From assembly GCF_009914755.1 (NCBI RefSeq), contig NC_060940.1: a stretch of DNA of 64,000 nt. One strand, given 5' to 3'. Of the stretch, positions 18,871-40,849 are shown piece after piece (position 1 is the first letter of the stretch; each line of letters begins with the position of its first letter). The stretch is from the human T2T-CHM13v2.0 reference genome, Homo sapiens. The position numbers and the translations under genes are program-made. The notes under the pieces were generated by a model, which had not been told where the DNA came from, searched no databases, and worked only from the letters and a program-made list of their open reading frames with translations.

Positions 18871-20254
18871 CTGAGCTCCAATACACAGTCCCTACTGCTA
18901 TCAGAAAAAAACACACAGTGGCGTGGAGAAGAAAACTCACTTTCAGAAAGCAAGGATGACACACCAGAGGGCAAGTTTGTTTTAAAATGGAAAGTTCTTG
19001 AGAGCAGGGGGTGTGTGTTTTCCAGGAGGAGGCTGTGGGTGCTTCCCAGTGTAAGTAAACAATGGCAGGAATCTGGGGAAATGCCTCGGTGAGCACTTAC
19101 TACCCGTGGGTGCTTTCTATTCTCCCCCTGGTTTAGTCCCGTCTAGTCCCACAGGTGAGGAAACTGAGGCTGGGAGCCGGGACAGCATCCTCGGGCTCAC
19201 ACATCTGGTGAGCAGCACAGCAAGCTCTGAGCTCAGATCTGAGCAATCACCCAGCCCACATGCTGATCAGTGTAGTCCCGCTGCCTCTAATGGGTGGTTT
19301 CCTCAACACTGTTACTAATGAAAACTCTTTCAGGGTGCCACTGGCCAAAGTAGGAATGAGCAAATGGAAAAGGGAGACAATGAGGGCTCTGAGGCTCTGC
19401 GAGGTGGGTGCTCCCATCACACCACCCAATCAGGATGCGAACCACTTGCTGATTCACACACACGCAGACAATGGGGAATTATGAAGCCTTGTAAAAACAG
19501 CAGAAACACCCAACAGACCCTCCATTTTTTCTCTAGTTAGCCCCAGCCTCCAAAACTAGGGCAAAAGCCTAAGCTTTGCTGAGTCACAATCATTTATCAA
19601 GGTAATTTGTAGGCACAGCACTCGAGATGCTATGCAATTTTTACCCCATTCAACAAATGCAGGACAACCTGCCGGGGAAGATTAGTCCTTCCTAAGTAAC
19701 AAGAAGGACTCTAAATTCTCAGATTCTGGGTTATTAAGAATAAGAAGAGGCTGTGCAAACTAGACCACAGCGTGCAGAGAGGAGATGTGTGAAGAGACTT
19801 AACTTTCCTCCCTACCCACAGCCACAACTAGGGAACCACATTCAATCTAATTGGGTGTTTTTGGCAGTCTGGCTGTTGCCTGCCCTCCAAGGCCTGCCAG
19901 GAACCAAGAATCCACCACCCAGGCTTAGACACCTGCAAGGGCACTTGGGTGGAAGAATCCTGTCCCCCTACCCTTCCTCCTGCAGGAAGAGGACAGCATC
20001 AAAAGGCGGGTAGCTGGTTCTCTGGTTGTTATTGGAAATATAGGAAGACGTGTCCATGGAAAAGTTGCATGGGCCTGGCACAGGTGCCTAAGGCTTCCCT
20101 TTGCTCAAGTCCACACTTGCACACACAGGTAAGGCTCCCTGGCTTCAAGTTTCTGATTTACCATTTTCCTATGTTTTCAAGCTTAAAAAAAATCACCGTG
20201 AGGATTCACTCTTTACTTATGAAACATACTTAAGTTCCCCACCTCACCCTCTAA

Positions 20255-20605
<351 letters not shown>

Positions 20606-21140
20606 GTCTAAAAAGATTTCCATTTAAAAAGACCCTCAACTTGAACATGTAGCGTTCTCACCAGGCCCAGTCAGCATCAAGCTTTCTCAAGTTCAAGTTC
20701 ACAGCATGACTAGAAAAAGCAGGCAACTGAAGACAAACGGAACTGCTGTTTGCAGGATCAGGCAACTTGGAGGAGAGGATGGCGCACAACCAGGGGAAAC
20801 ATGATCTGGCCTTCAGGTGTCCTATTTCCCCTCCTCGGCAAAAATCAGACACATTGATTTACTCCATGAATCATTTGGGGGAAAAAGATTTCAGCTGAAC
20901 TCATGAGATTTTTTAAAAAGTAGCGAAAAAGATTGAACTATTTTTAATACTCACTGGTTTCCCAGGTCTGGAGAGGGTGGTTTGGCCTCGCCTCAGCAGT
21001 AACCAAGTGTCATAGCATTTTCTTTTCAACGTCAAGAGGAGTGTTGCAAAATAGTCCAAGTGGGAACACACAGGAACCGTGAGACTCTCTTGGTGTTGCT
21101 GTTCAGTAATAATGATGCACACTTTAAAAACACACGCACT

Positions 21141-22825
<1,685 letters not shown>

Positions 22826-22859
22826 ACACACACACCCCCTCAAGATCCATGCTTATAAT

Positions 22860-24550
<1,691 letters not shown>

Positions 24551-24617
24551 CTAAAAAAAAAAAAAAAAAAGAAAGAAAAGATAAATTGATGAATGGAAGG
24601 ATACGTAATAAAGCAAA

Positions 24618-25371
24618 TAGTCACGTGTCACTTAATGATGGGGATACATTCTGAGAAATGCATCATTAGGTGATTTAAAAAAATTTAATATTCCCAAACG
24701 TGGATAGAAGGATTTTTATTTTATTATTTTTAGAGACAGGATCTCGCTCTGTCCCCAGGCTGGAGTGCAGTGGTGTGATCATAGCTCACTGCAGACTTGA
24801 ACTCAGTCCTCCTGCACTGGCCTCCCAAAACACTGGGATTACAGGTGTGAGCCACCATGCCCAGCCTGCAATGTTATCATTGTATGAACATCATAGTGTT
24901 CTTACCCAAACCTAGAGAGTATAGCCTATTGCTCCTGGGCTACAAACCTTTACAACATGTTACTGTACGGAATACTGTAGGCAACTGTAACCCAATGGTA
25001 TTTGTGTATCTAAACACAGAAAAACTACAATAAAAATACAGTATAAAAATAAAAATGATACACTTGTGTAGAGCACTTACCATGAATGGAGCTTGCAGGG
25101 CTGGAAGGCATTCTGGTGAGTGATAGAGAGTGAATGTGAAGGCCTAGGACTCACAGTTACCCTGAATTTAGAAAAAATTTTCCTTTCAAGAATAAAATGA
25201 CCTTAGCTTACTGTAACTTCTTTACTTAATAAACTTCTAAATTTTTTTCAACTATTTGACCCCTTTGTAACAACACTTAGCTTAAAACACGTATACACTG
25301 GAGCTGATAGGAATTTCCCAGCTCTAAGATCATCTAATGGGACCTCCATTGTTGATGGCAAGGCATGACTG
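24618..25371 (+). mobile_element. Tigger3-family (TcMar-Tigger) DNA transposon remnant with an Alu fragment (24712-24866)
   Basis: Start agtcacgtgtcacttaatgatggggatacattctgagaaatgcatcattagg and end gcatgactg-TA. Internal tatagcctattgctcctgggctacaaacc. Confidence 0.8.
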
Positions 25372-25751
25372 TATAACAAAATGGTAATGATGACCTAGGT
25401 GGTGTATGCTTGAAAATCTTCATAATAAAATCTCAAGGGGAAAACTGGACAAATACAAAGTTATGAAAATAGACAGAGCCACAGCGCTTGATCTCCATCC
25501 CAGCTCCAAAATCAAAGGACTACAGAACTATTTGCAGGGAAACACGGAAGTTCCCACTCTGATGCCTGCCTCCAGATCTGGCTACCATGCTCAAGAAGCC
25601 CCCAGACAATAGCCTTGTTGTCATAATATGCCCCTGGGCCTCGGTATCAAAAGGCCAGAAGTACCATCCTAGGATTTTATGCCTAAAAGATATGTCAAGA
25701 AAGCCTGGTGTGTGTGTGTGGAGGAGGAAGTGGGTTAGCCCAGCTCACCTG

Positions 25752-26990
25752 TTTTGTTTTTGACAGGGTCTTGCTCTGACACCCAGGCTGGAAGCACAGT
25801 GGTGCAATCACAGCTCACTGCAGCTTCAACCTCCTAGGCTCAAGCAATCCTCCTGCTTCAGCCTCCCGAGTAGCTGAGACAACAGACGAACACCACCACA
25901 CCCGGCCAATTTTTAAATTTTCTGTAGAGACAGCGTTTCATCATGTTGCCCAGGCTGCTCTTGAACTTCTGGCTCAAGCGATCCACCTGCCTCCACCTCC
26001 CAAAGTGGCAGGATTGCAGGCATGAGCCACAGCTCACCTGTTTTAAGTCATTTGATGCAGCAGAGAAAATAAAGGTCTGGGCATGTATGAAAGCTCCTCT
26101 GGGTGTTTAATTCTAAGTCAAATTCCAGTGACTATGTCTGCTCCCACTGATAGAAGCGAATGCAGTAAGCATTTCAGATCAAAAGCATAATCTTTAAATA
26201 TAACTACAGTTTACTGTGTACTTGCGCGTGCTGGGCATTGTACGTAATTTCATTTAATCCTCACAACTACCCTGTGAAGTTGTTTATTTTCCTTTTGTTT
26301 TTGAGACAGATTCTTGCTCTGTTGCCCAGGCTGGAGTACAGCAGCACAATCTCAGCTCACTGCAACCTCCACCTCCTGGGTTCAAGCGATTCTCCTGCGG
26401 TCCCGGGTAGCTGGGACCACAGGCATGCGCCACCACGCCTGGCTAATTTTTGTATTTTTTGTAGAGATGGGGTCTCCCTGTGTTGCCCAGGCTGGTCTCG
26501 AACTCCTGGGTTCATGTGATCCTCCTGTCTTGGCCTCCCGATGTGTTGGGATTATAGACGTGAGACACTGCGCTGGGCCCCCTCTTTTTCTTTCAAAATC
26601 AAGGGTCAGACTCTCCTCATTTCTCCGTGAGTGCTGCTGACTCGGCAGTCCGGCAGCCCTCTCTACACATTCCTGCATACACCCTCCTTTACTGTCTGTC
26701 TCCATCCTACCTTCACACTTTCCACTGAGCCGTGTGTGCTGACTACTCTAGGAGGGGTGGGCAGTCCTTCCTGCCAAGCCTGGGTTTCTAACTTTGTGGC
26801 TACAAAACTCCAGGGAGTTTTGTAGGAAGGGGGAGGAGCAGGAAGGGGGAAGAGAAGTTAACATGCTTTAAAAAAAAAAAAAAAAAAAATTTTTTTTTTT
26901 TTTTTTTTAAAGACAGGGTCTCACTGCGTTGTCCATGCTGGTCTTGAACTCCTGGGCTCAAGTGATCCTCCCGTCTCAGCTTACAGGTGT
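25752..26990 (-). mobile_element. Three Alus (25752-26030, 26282-26578, FLAM-like 26890-26990)
   Basis: Reverse Alu matches. The first has TSD cagctcacctgtttt. Confidence 0.88.
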
Positions 26991-27269
26991 GACAGAGGCT
27001 CTTGATTAGGGAAACTGTCTTACAAATCGGAATCTGCATAACACCCTGGGATTCCAGTGTGAGTGCTAAGGGTCCTCATTCCTCCCACCCTCCTACAAGG
27101 CCACTTACCACCAGGGCTCAGCTCGGTACTGAGGAGCCGATCCATCGTGGCAGGTATAGCAGTTAGGGGTAAAAAGAAGAAGAAAAAAATCCATGAACAT
27201 CAGCCTTAGTGGCTTAGCAGATTTTTTTAGGAGTGTGAAATTTATCTGTGTATTACTAGAGAGCGAAAA

Positions 27270-27378
27270 CATCATTCACTTATTAAAAAAAAAGAGAGGA
27301 GAAAACCAGAGTCCTATGAAAATGTTTTTAATTTTCATCTTTTGGAAATACATTTTTCATTTTTATTTCCACCATACA
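27270..27378 (-). terminator. PARN cleavage/polyadenylation region
   Basis: Minus strand has TGTA (27375-27378), AATAAA (27362-27367), TGTA (27349-27352) and ATTAAA (27327-27332), then a pyrimidine/U-rich downstream element below ~27300. Confidence 0.8.
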
Positions 27379-27504
27379 AAAATGTGAAATATCTAACAAT
27401 GATCTATCTGAAGCGGGTGGAGCAAAGCAGCGCCATGAGCGTTTGTCGTTGCTGTGATCTGTTTCAACGGAGAATGGGCTGGGACATGTTGTAGATTTGC
27501 ACGA

Positions 27505-27553
<49 letters not shown>

Positions 27554-28319
27554 TACGCACACACGCTGCCGTACCCCGAGACCGCCATCCAAACAAACGA
27601 ACAGAGACTCTGGAAAGTGAACACAGCGCCACGCATAAGAACAGAAGTTAACCTTTTTACTCGTACATCCCCCATGAGAAACTCACGTCTTAGGAGAAAG
27701 GAACTCTACATAAATATGCCCAAAGGCCAGGGCATACGGCAAGCCCTCTCATGGGTGGGCATGAGTGGACATCTTCCTGAAGGAAGGACAAGCTTGAGAG
27801 CGTCATGTTTTCAGGCAGCTATGGTGGGAAGCAGGGAGGCACAACCGATTTTTCCACTGGGAGACTAACCGAGGGCTGCAACTGCCTCAAAATCTCAGTG
27901 CGAGAAGATGCACAGGCAGGACAGTACACCCCCAAATTCATGATCACAGCAGCTGGAATGTCAGCTCTTTTTGCAGATTTCACAGCCGACACTCCCCATC
28001 AGGCAGGTTCTTAAGCACACTGGGTCATGACAGGAAAGGCCTCACAAGAGCAACACGGAATTCACTGGTTAAGCACGTACACATTCATGACAGCCTACAA
28101 CCGTGATGAGTGTCAATGTCAACAGGCAGTTAGATTAAAAAGGGGAAAAAACCACAGCCACAAAAATAAAACCTGTTTTCTCCCCCCCAGGAGACAACTT
28201 GGTTTCCAACCCCTCCCATACCACATTTGATTAAGTTAAATACAGTGCGGCTTCCAAATGTGCCAGCCGGCTCTTGCTCACAGCGACAGCACCAGCGGTT
28301 TGCTGCCCTCAGGTCTTGG
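27304..28319 (-). other. PARN: PARN 3' UTR (~1.0 kb)
   Basis: Unique sequence free of interspersed repeats between the stop codon and the poly(A) signals. The cleavage position is approximate. Confidence 0.85.
27508..27547. repeat. (CA)20 microsatellite = (UG)20 in the PARN 3' UTR
   Basis: Perfect dinucleotide run read directly. Confidence 0.97.
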
Positions 28320-28496
<177 letters not shown>

Positions 28497-28699
28497 CTAA
28501 ACAGCTGCGCTGGAAAGAGTCCACAGACAGGTCTTGTCTAGGGAGGGCAGTGCCCAGCATGGGAAAGTGAAACCACAGAAACATCATGGGGGCGCGGAGG
28601 AAGCACCTCCCTGCCTCCAGCATCTATCTATTTATTTCACAGGAGTTAAACTGTAGCCATGCACAGTATTCCTCACTGAACACCATGCTGGATTCTTTG

Positions 28700-28870
28700 T
28701 TGGCAATACAGCGGGCATTTAATTCATATAATCTTCATTAAAAGCCCACCAAGGTGGTAACACTACCCCATTTTACAGATGCAAGAACAGATTGAGAGAA
28801 GTGGGGTAATATGACCAGATGTACAGAGCTAGCAAGTGGCTGAGATGGGGTCTGAATCCTCCCACAGCAC
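28700..28870 (-). mobile_element. MIR
   Basis: ccccattttacagatg...cagagctagcaagtggctgagatggggtctgaatcc. Confidence 0.7.
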
Positions 28871-30698
28871 CAACATCCCTGCCAAAGTCCCTGGAAACTG
28901 AGTTTCTCTGTGCTGTGCTGTGGCTCTGCCTAGGTGAGAAATCTCAGGTGGGCAGCTGAAGGGCAGAGGGAAGCCAACCAGTGGGGGTTCCAATATCTCA
29001 ACAGGGGCAAAAGAAGGTTGCAGCTTTTTCCAGCTTCGGTGAAGCTGGCTGGGGTCCTCTTCTTGGATTGAAAAGATCTCTTCAGTGACAAAGTTTCACC
29101 CCAATGTCAGAAGCCCTTCTTTTTTATTCATGCCACTTTCTACAATACGAGCAGCTGCGGCCAGCAACTGAGCTGGGACTGGACTTCAACGAATGTGAGG
29201 GAAGTCAGGAAAGAGCATGTTCATAATGGAAAGTGTGGCCCGACCAGGCGTCAGCTGCACAAGTGGTGCCATGCATTAAGTCATAAAGTAGGGCTGACGG
29301 GGGAAACTGGCAGTCTCTCTTCTAGCTGCTAACACCAAGATTTTAGAAAGGGAGAGAAGTCTTTGATGATACCTCCAATGGGAAATAACTTTTAAATACA
29401 GAGGGGGTGCAGTGTCTTACAAACTAGGGAATCATATCACTGAGTTCACAGTGGTTATCATCAGTAACAGGGATGCTTAAAAATAACGAGGTCTGAACAC
29501 AAGAAAAAACATGAAGAGAATTTCAGCTAACATGAGAATTTCTACTTCTGATCATTTACTGTGATAAGATCCAGGGAGTTAGGGTGAGGAGACCGGGAAA
29601 GGGTAACCGGACTCTTTCTGCCCTGGGTCTCATCGCTCTGAACAGGCACGTTCTGGGACACCCAGTAAAGATGGCGAGACCACTCTGGAGAAGTGAAGAT
29701 GGGCAGGAGATGATCCACTGAAAAGGACTCATGGGGTCCAGTGAAGTACTGCAAGGGGCCTGTGATAACCTGCAGCTAGCCTGGCCTTCCCAGTCCCACA
29801 ATGATACAATAAACACCTAACTGTATGAAAAGAAACATCCATTAAGGGCACTTTTATAATTCACATATGAAAGAAATATTGCAGTAGCCAATTAGCCATT
29901 CTAAAGGTAAAAGCTACAATGCCAAATGTGGGGAACTGAAGTAAATTAAATCCAGCTCAGAGGAAAAAGGAAGATAAATTGCTAAAAGCAACTGCACTGC
30001 AATACTTGTAATCTGCACCTGCCAATCTGCACCTGCCATTAGTTGGGGGGGGGGGGGGTGTGTGAGTGCACAGTGAGCCACCAGACACACAGGAAGTGGT
30101 TCCATGAAGAGCTAACAGGAAATAATGGAATAAGCAAAAAGTTCTGGAGTAAGGCAAGTCAAGTTGGACCATTTTACTAGCTGGATGACCTTGAACAGGT
30201 CTCACTGCTTCGTCTAAGATGGACCCAGTACTATTTTATGCTGTATAGGACTTCTGTGATACAGCAAAGTTGCTGGGTAAGTTTTTAATGAACGCTAGGT
30301 CTCTTCCCCTAATCAATAAGCTGATCCAACATGGAACATGGCTGTTCCCCAGAAAGCCAACAGTCTATAATCAAAAAGATGCTAGTTTTCACTGTCTACC
30401 TGTACAGCTGCTGAGCGAGAATGATGTGTACAAAGGGGCCAGAACTGTAGGAGCCATCTACAGGAGACCCGGACCAGAGGGGAAATGAAGGCCACTAACA
30501 GCGTTCTTTCCAGCACCTTCCAGAAAGGGAGAGCTGTAGATCAACAAACGGCCAGTCTCAAAACTGGCAGATAAGAAGGTATGGTTTTTAAAAAGCAGCA
30601 GCTATGGTCAGTTTTCCACAGAACTCATTTTCACAGCCCTGTTTTACTGGAGTGTAAGGAATCATTTAGGAACAACTTTTCTTTTTAAACAGATACTT

Positions 30699-31058
30699 GG
30701 CTGTGTGTGGTGGCTCATGCCTGTAATCCCAGTACTTTAGGAGGCTGATGAGGGAAGGCTTGAGCCCAGGAGTTTGGGACCAGCCTGGGCAACACAGGGA
30801 GACCCTGCCTCTACAAAAAATTTACAAATTTGCCAGGTGTGGTGGCACACACCTGTGGTCCCAGCTACCTAGGAGGCTGAGGTGGGAGGATCACTTGAGC
30901 CCAGGATATCAAGGCTGCAGTGAGCTGTGATAGTGCTACTGCATTCCAGCCTGGGTGGGTGACAGAGTGAAACTGTCGCACAAAAAAAAAAAAAAAATAG
31001 AGGGAGGGAGGGAAGGAAAGAAGACAGGGAGGGAGGGAGGGAGGAAGGGAGGGAGGGA
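30699..31058 (+). mobile_element. AluJ followed by a (GGGA)n purine tract
   Basis: Alu consensus match. Confidence 0.9.
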
Positions 31059-31089
31059 GATACTTAAAAACACCTGCCTTTTGCTACAG

Positions 31090-32630
<1,541 letters not shown>

Positions 32631-34154
32631 GACCTGGCGCAAGATATTAAAAACAATGTTTTAAAAGAAAACCAACAAAATTTTAATATGAAATACTATG
32701 CTTATAGTTAAGATTATTTGGCCAAGAGTTTCTAAAAGGGGAAAAGGCAGGATACAAGCTGCATACAGGGTATGAGGTTGGCCGCAGAGCAACAATGCTT
32801 GTTACCACAGCATCAAGTTGGGGGCTGGGGGCTTAATTGTCTTCTATTTTTCTGCATTTTCCAAATTCTCATGCTGAGTACATTATTTTTATTAACCAAA
32901 AAAACAAAAAATTAAAAGACGGGGAACACAAAAGGTGAATATTTCTGCTTTTCTCCCCTTTACCTAACTGGAGTTGAAATGGAGAAACTTGAAGGGGTAA
33001 GGCATTGCTTTTTCCAGGTGAATCCCAAACGGATTCTAAGAAGCTGCACAGGACACTGGAAGCTTCCCATTGTATCCTCTTCCACAGAGTGGACATCCGT
33101 ACACAGGAAGGTCCTTTGGGAAGCTGCACTCAAGTTTCTAACTAGGAAACGCTGAAGGGGGTACGCCCTGGGGCCGGTTTCCCACACTAAGAAGGTGAGC
33201 CCCCTCCCTGCAAGGCTGATGACATCTTGGAGTTGCCAGGAGGAACAGGGAGGGCACAAATGCGCACTGAGTGCCCTGCCTCTGCCTCACTGCACAGCAG
33301 CCCACACCTCCTTCGCCACGTTCACTGCAAACCACACTTGAACATAGTAATTAAAAGGCTCCTTGGGAGGCCGCTCGGCTGCCTCAGCCTGGTCTCTCAG
33401 GTGACCGACAGCAGCAGCTGTAGATCTTGTTTCTGACTTTAAGGAGACCAGTAACAGCATGAGGAGACTGCTGCTCTAATTAGGTTCTAAATTTTTATAC
33501 TGTAACCCTTAGGGTTTCAGCTTGAAAAGTTCAGCAGGTTAGTCAAGACTCCAATAAAACTCCAGGTTCTTTGGCAAACACTTAAAAGGCCTAACATGTT
33601 GTTTTAAATGTTAGGGGAAAAAAGACTTTGAACAATGTCTCTATTTACAGGACAAAAAATAACCGGGAATAGTCAATGTATCTCCTTTGGGCATGCCTCT
33701 GTAAACACCATCTAACTAAGGTGCTGATGGAACCTGCTGCTAGGGACCAGCCAGCAGTATTTTCACAATGGTCAGCCCAGGCAGCATCAGACCATCCATG
33801 CGGCCCTGAGATTCTCCAGAGAAGTGAGGGGGTGGGCAATTTCTCCAGGTCCCAGGAACACATCAACAAGAACAAGTATGTGACAGAAATCCTTCAATTA
33901 AACATGACCTGGGAAAACAGCCACACTTCCTGAAGACATTTTATTCCAGCATTAATGGCATGCAGAGTAGTTTTCCTTTGCGTACCGAGTATGTACCTAG
34001 AACTGCTTGGATGGAAAGTGGCTGGCACTACCAATCAACAGTCATATCAACAAAAAAGGAGGGGACTTATGCTGTACATTCACCTCCTGAAAATAGGATT
34101 GAAACAACCATACTTACAAGAAAAATATTTGCTGAGTACATAGTATACACATAA

Positions 34155-37468
<3,314 letters not shown>

Positions 37469-37479
37469 CTCACCAGCTT

Positions 37480-38050
37480 TCTTGTAGGACAGACTTAATG
37501 GCTCTGGGACTTTGGGCAACTCACATAACCCTTTGGGCCTCCGTTTTCTTAACTGTAAAATGGATAATGATGACTGTCTCAAGGATTTAAATGAAAGAAT
37601 TTCAGTTACACATTAAGCACTGTCCTGGCTCCAGTAATAAGCACTCAATAAGCAGTGGCTATGATTACTGTCACTGTGACTGCTGCCTTGCTGGACCGCC
37701 CCCTGCAGCAGGGAATGGCCTTTTCCATGTGCTGACTGACAAGATGCCCTTCTGGCCTCTTGCTGTGGCCCTGTGTGGCATGTGTGCATGAAGGGCTGAG
37801 TGAGGCACATCTGCGGGGTGGAGAGGACATGGGATTCAGCTCAGGCAGACCTGGGTCTGCCTTTCGGCTGTGCTTCTTAAGCGCAGCATGGCCCCGCACA
37901 CTTAGCCTCGCTGAGCCCAGGCATCTGCTTCATCAAATAAGGATGATGATTCCCACCTCAGGGCTACGGTGAAAATTAAATGAAATAAGGAGAGAAATGG
38001 CTCCTACTACAGCGTCTAGCATGTAGTAGGCTCTCAACAGGTGCTAATTT
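37480..38050 (+). mobile_element. Two MIR remnants (~37480-37660, ~37800-38050)
   Basis: ctttgggcaactcacataaccctttgggcctccgttttcttaactgtaaaatggataat and a second MIR-core-like block. Confidence 0.65.
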
Positions 38051-38380
38051 CCTGTTTCCTTTGCTTCTTATATAATTCTGCTTCGGAGAGAAATCCAGGT
38101 TGCCTGGGGGTTTTGCTGGAAACAGTGAAAACGCTGCTACTGAAAATAACATGTAGGAGGGGCCTCTGCGCACATTTAAATGCACATTTTAAATATTGAG
38201 GCTGCTTTAAACACATCAGCAAAACCTCTACACCATGGAGGAGAGAGAGATTACCAAAATAGACTAGCCATCTTTAACAAGGAGACCCCCCAGGCCTTAT
38301 GCTACCCGAGCCAGAGCTTTTTAGGATTCCTCAAATTAAATTAAATTGATCCTAAAAATATCTGCTTTGGTGGAAGACTA

Positions 38381-38728
<348 letters not shown>

Positions 38729-39543
38729 TTACAGGAAGACTAGTCTATAAAAATATTTTAATACTCTTAATTCTATTAACACTCAGCCAGCCATCAACAA
38801 CATGGGCAGCTGCTGCCTGTGTGTAAAAATTAAAGACCTTATTATGAACTGAAGTCTGAAAGTTTACCTATAACAAGCTTATTCAGAAAAAAGTCCTAAA
38901 TTATGCTTGTAAATAGATATACACAAATTTAAGCTGATCCGAGTGCTCAAGAACAAATCCGTAAAGTAGCCTCTATTTTGATAAAACTATTGTAACAGAA
39001 TAGTAGAATAGAATAGTAGAGATAATATAATGAAATAATAGTTTTGGTTACATTAAATCAGAAGATAGCATTATTCTCTTCATGACTGCCTAATGCATAA
39101 AGAGCAGAACTGAAGAATTCTTCAATCAGTCTGCTATCCCACTGCTTAAAACTTGGACATAGCTACAGAGCATACCCCACCTTCATGTAATCTTCTTCCT
39201 TTCCAAAAAGATGACTTGTTAAATGTATAATTAAATGTTTCATTTTGAAAGCTTTATAGGCTTTGACATATTGAATTAAATCAGATTATGTGTCCTGATT
39301 TTTCCTTACGAAAATGTTCCCTTAAATATAACTAGATAAAAACAGCGTCCACATAGCCAGTGAGTCCTTTCTCCTCTAAATGGGTCTTAGAGATTTTTTT
39401 ATTATAGCCCCCAAGTTATGAAAGCCTCAAATAAATTCAAGGCATTCTATTTAGGAGAGGCCATTCAAGCACATGGGGAGGGTGGGAAGTGAGAGATAAA
39501 ATGATCTTACCAGCTTTTCCTAGGAGGTGGGTACTTTTAAATT

Positions 39544-39544
<1 letters not shown>

Positions 39545-39590
<46 letters not shown>
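39545..39590. repeat. (TATC)11 tetranucleotide STR at an Alu tail
   Basis: Read directly. Confidence 0.95.
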
Positions 39591-39594
39591 ATCT

Positions 39595-40189
<595 letters not shown>

Positions 40190-40849
40190 AGGAAGTGAAT
40201 AGTTTAAAATGTTCCACATAAAAAACTCTGGCTACCTAAATATTCAAGTTCCTCCACATTACTCCTGCACTCAACATCTTCCCTGAATCTGCCAAGTGCA
40301 CTTGATAGGACACTCAGGGGACAGAGGAGAAGAACACACTGCCTTCCTGGTGGTTCTCTAAGGCATGGGAAGCAGAAGAGGCTGGAGCACTCTTCCTCCT
40401 ATGACTGGCTGGCTAGCCTTTCATTTGTCCTCTTTTTCATTTCTATTATAGACAGCTTTCTGAAACATCTAATTGAGGGACTATAAGGGAGGATATTAAT
40501 GGTAATGTTTCGGCAGTGGGGGGTGGCTGTTAAAAATGTATGCTGAAGTTTCCTGTTTAAAAACTGGTAATACCTTTAAGAAGATTTTTTAAAGACTAGA
40601 AAAAGTTCGGCTGATTTCAGAAAATTTAGAAAATTCAGGAAGTACAAGAAGATAATAAGGGTTCTTCTATCACGAAAGGGGAAGAGGCCTAAAAATTCCT
40701 TCGCATTGTAAATTCAGGAACCTGGTAGCCTCTGAGACATACATAAATGTTTAATGAAAACTCAGCTAGAACCACGGGCATTAAAAATACTCTGTGAAAT
40801 ACAAAGTCTAGAAATAGCCCCAACTGTACCTAGAAATCTACTGTATGAT

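Noticed and set aside
27328-27868. ORFs with VCVCVC / HTHTHT runs
   Set aside because: Translations of the (CA)20 repeat in the 3' UTR.
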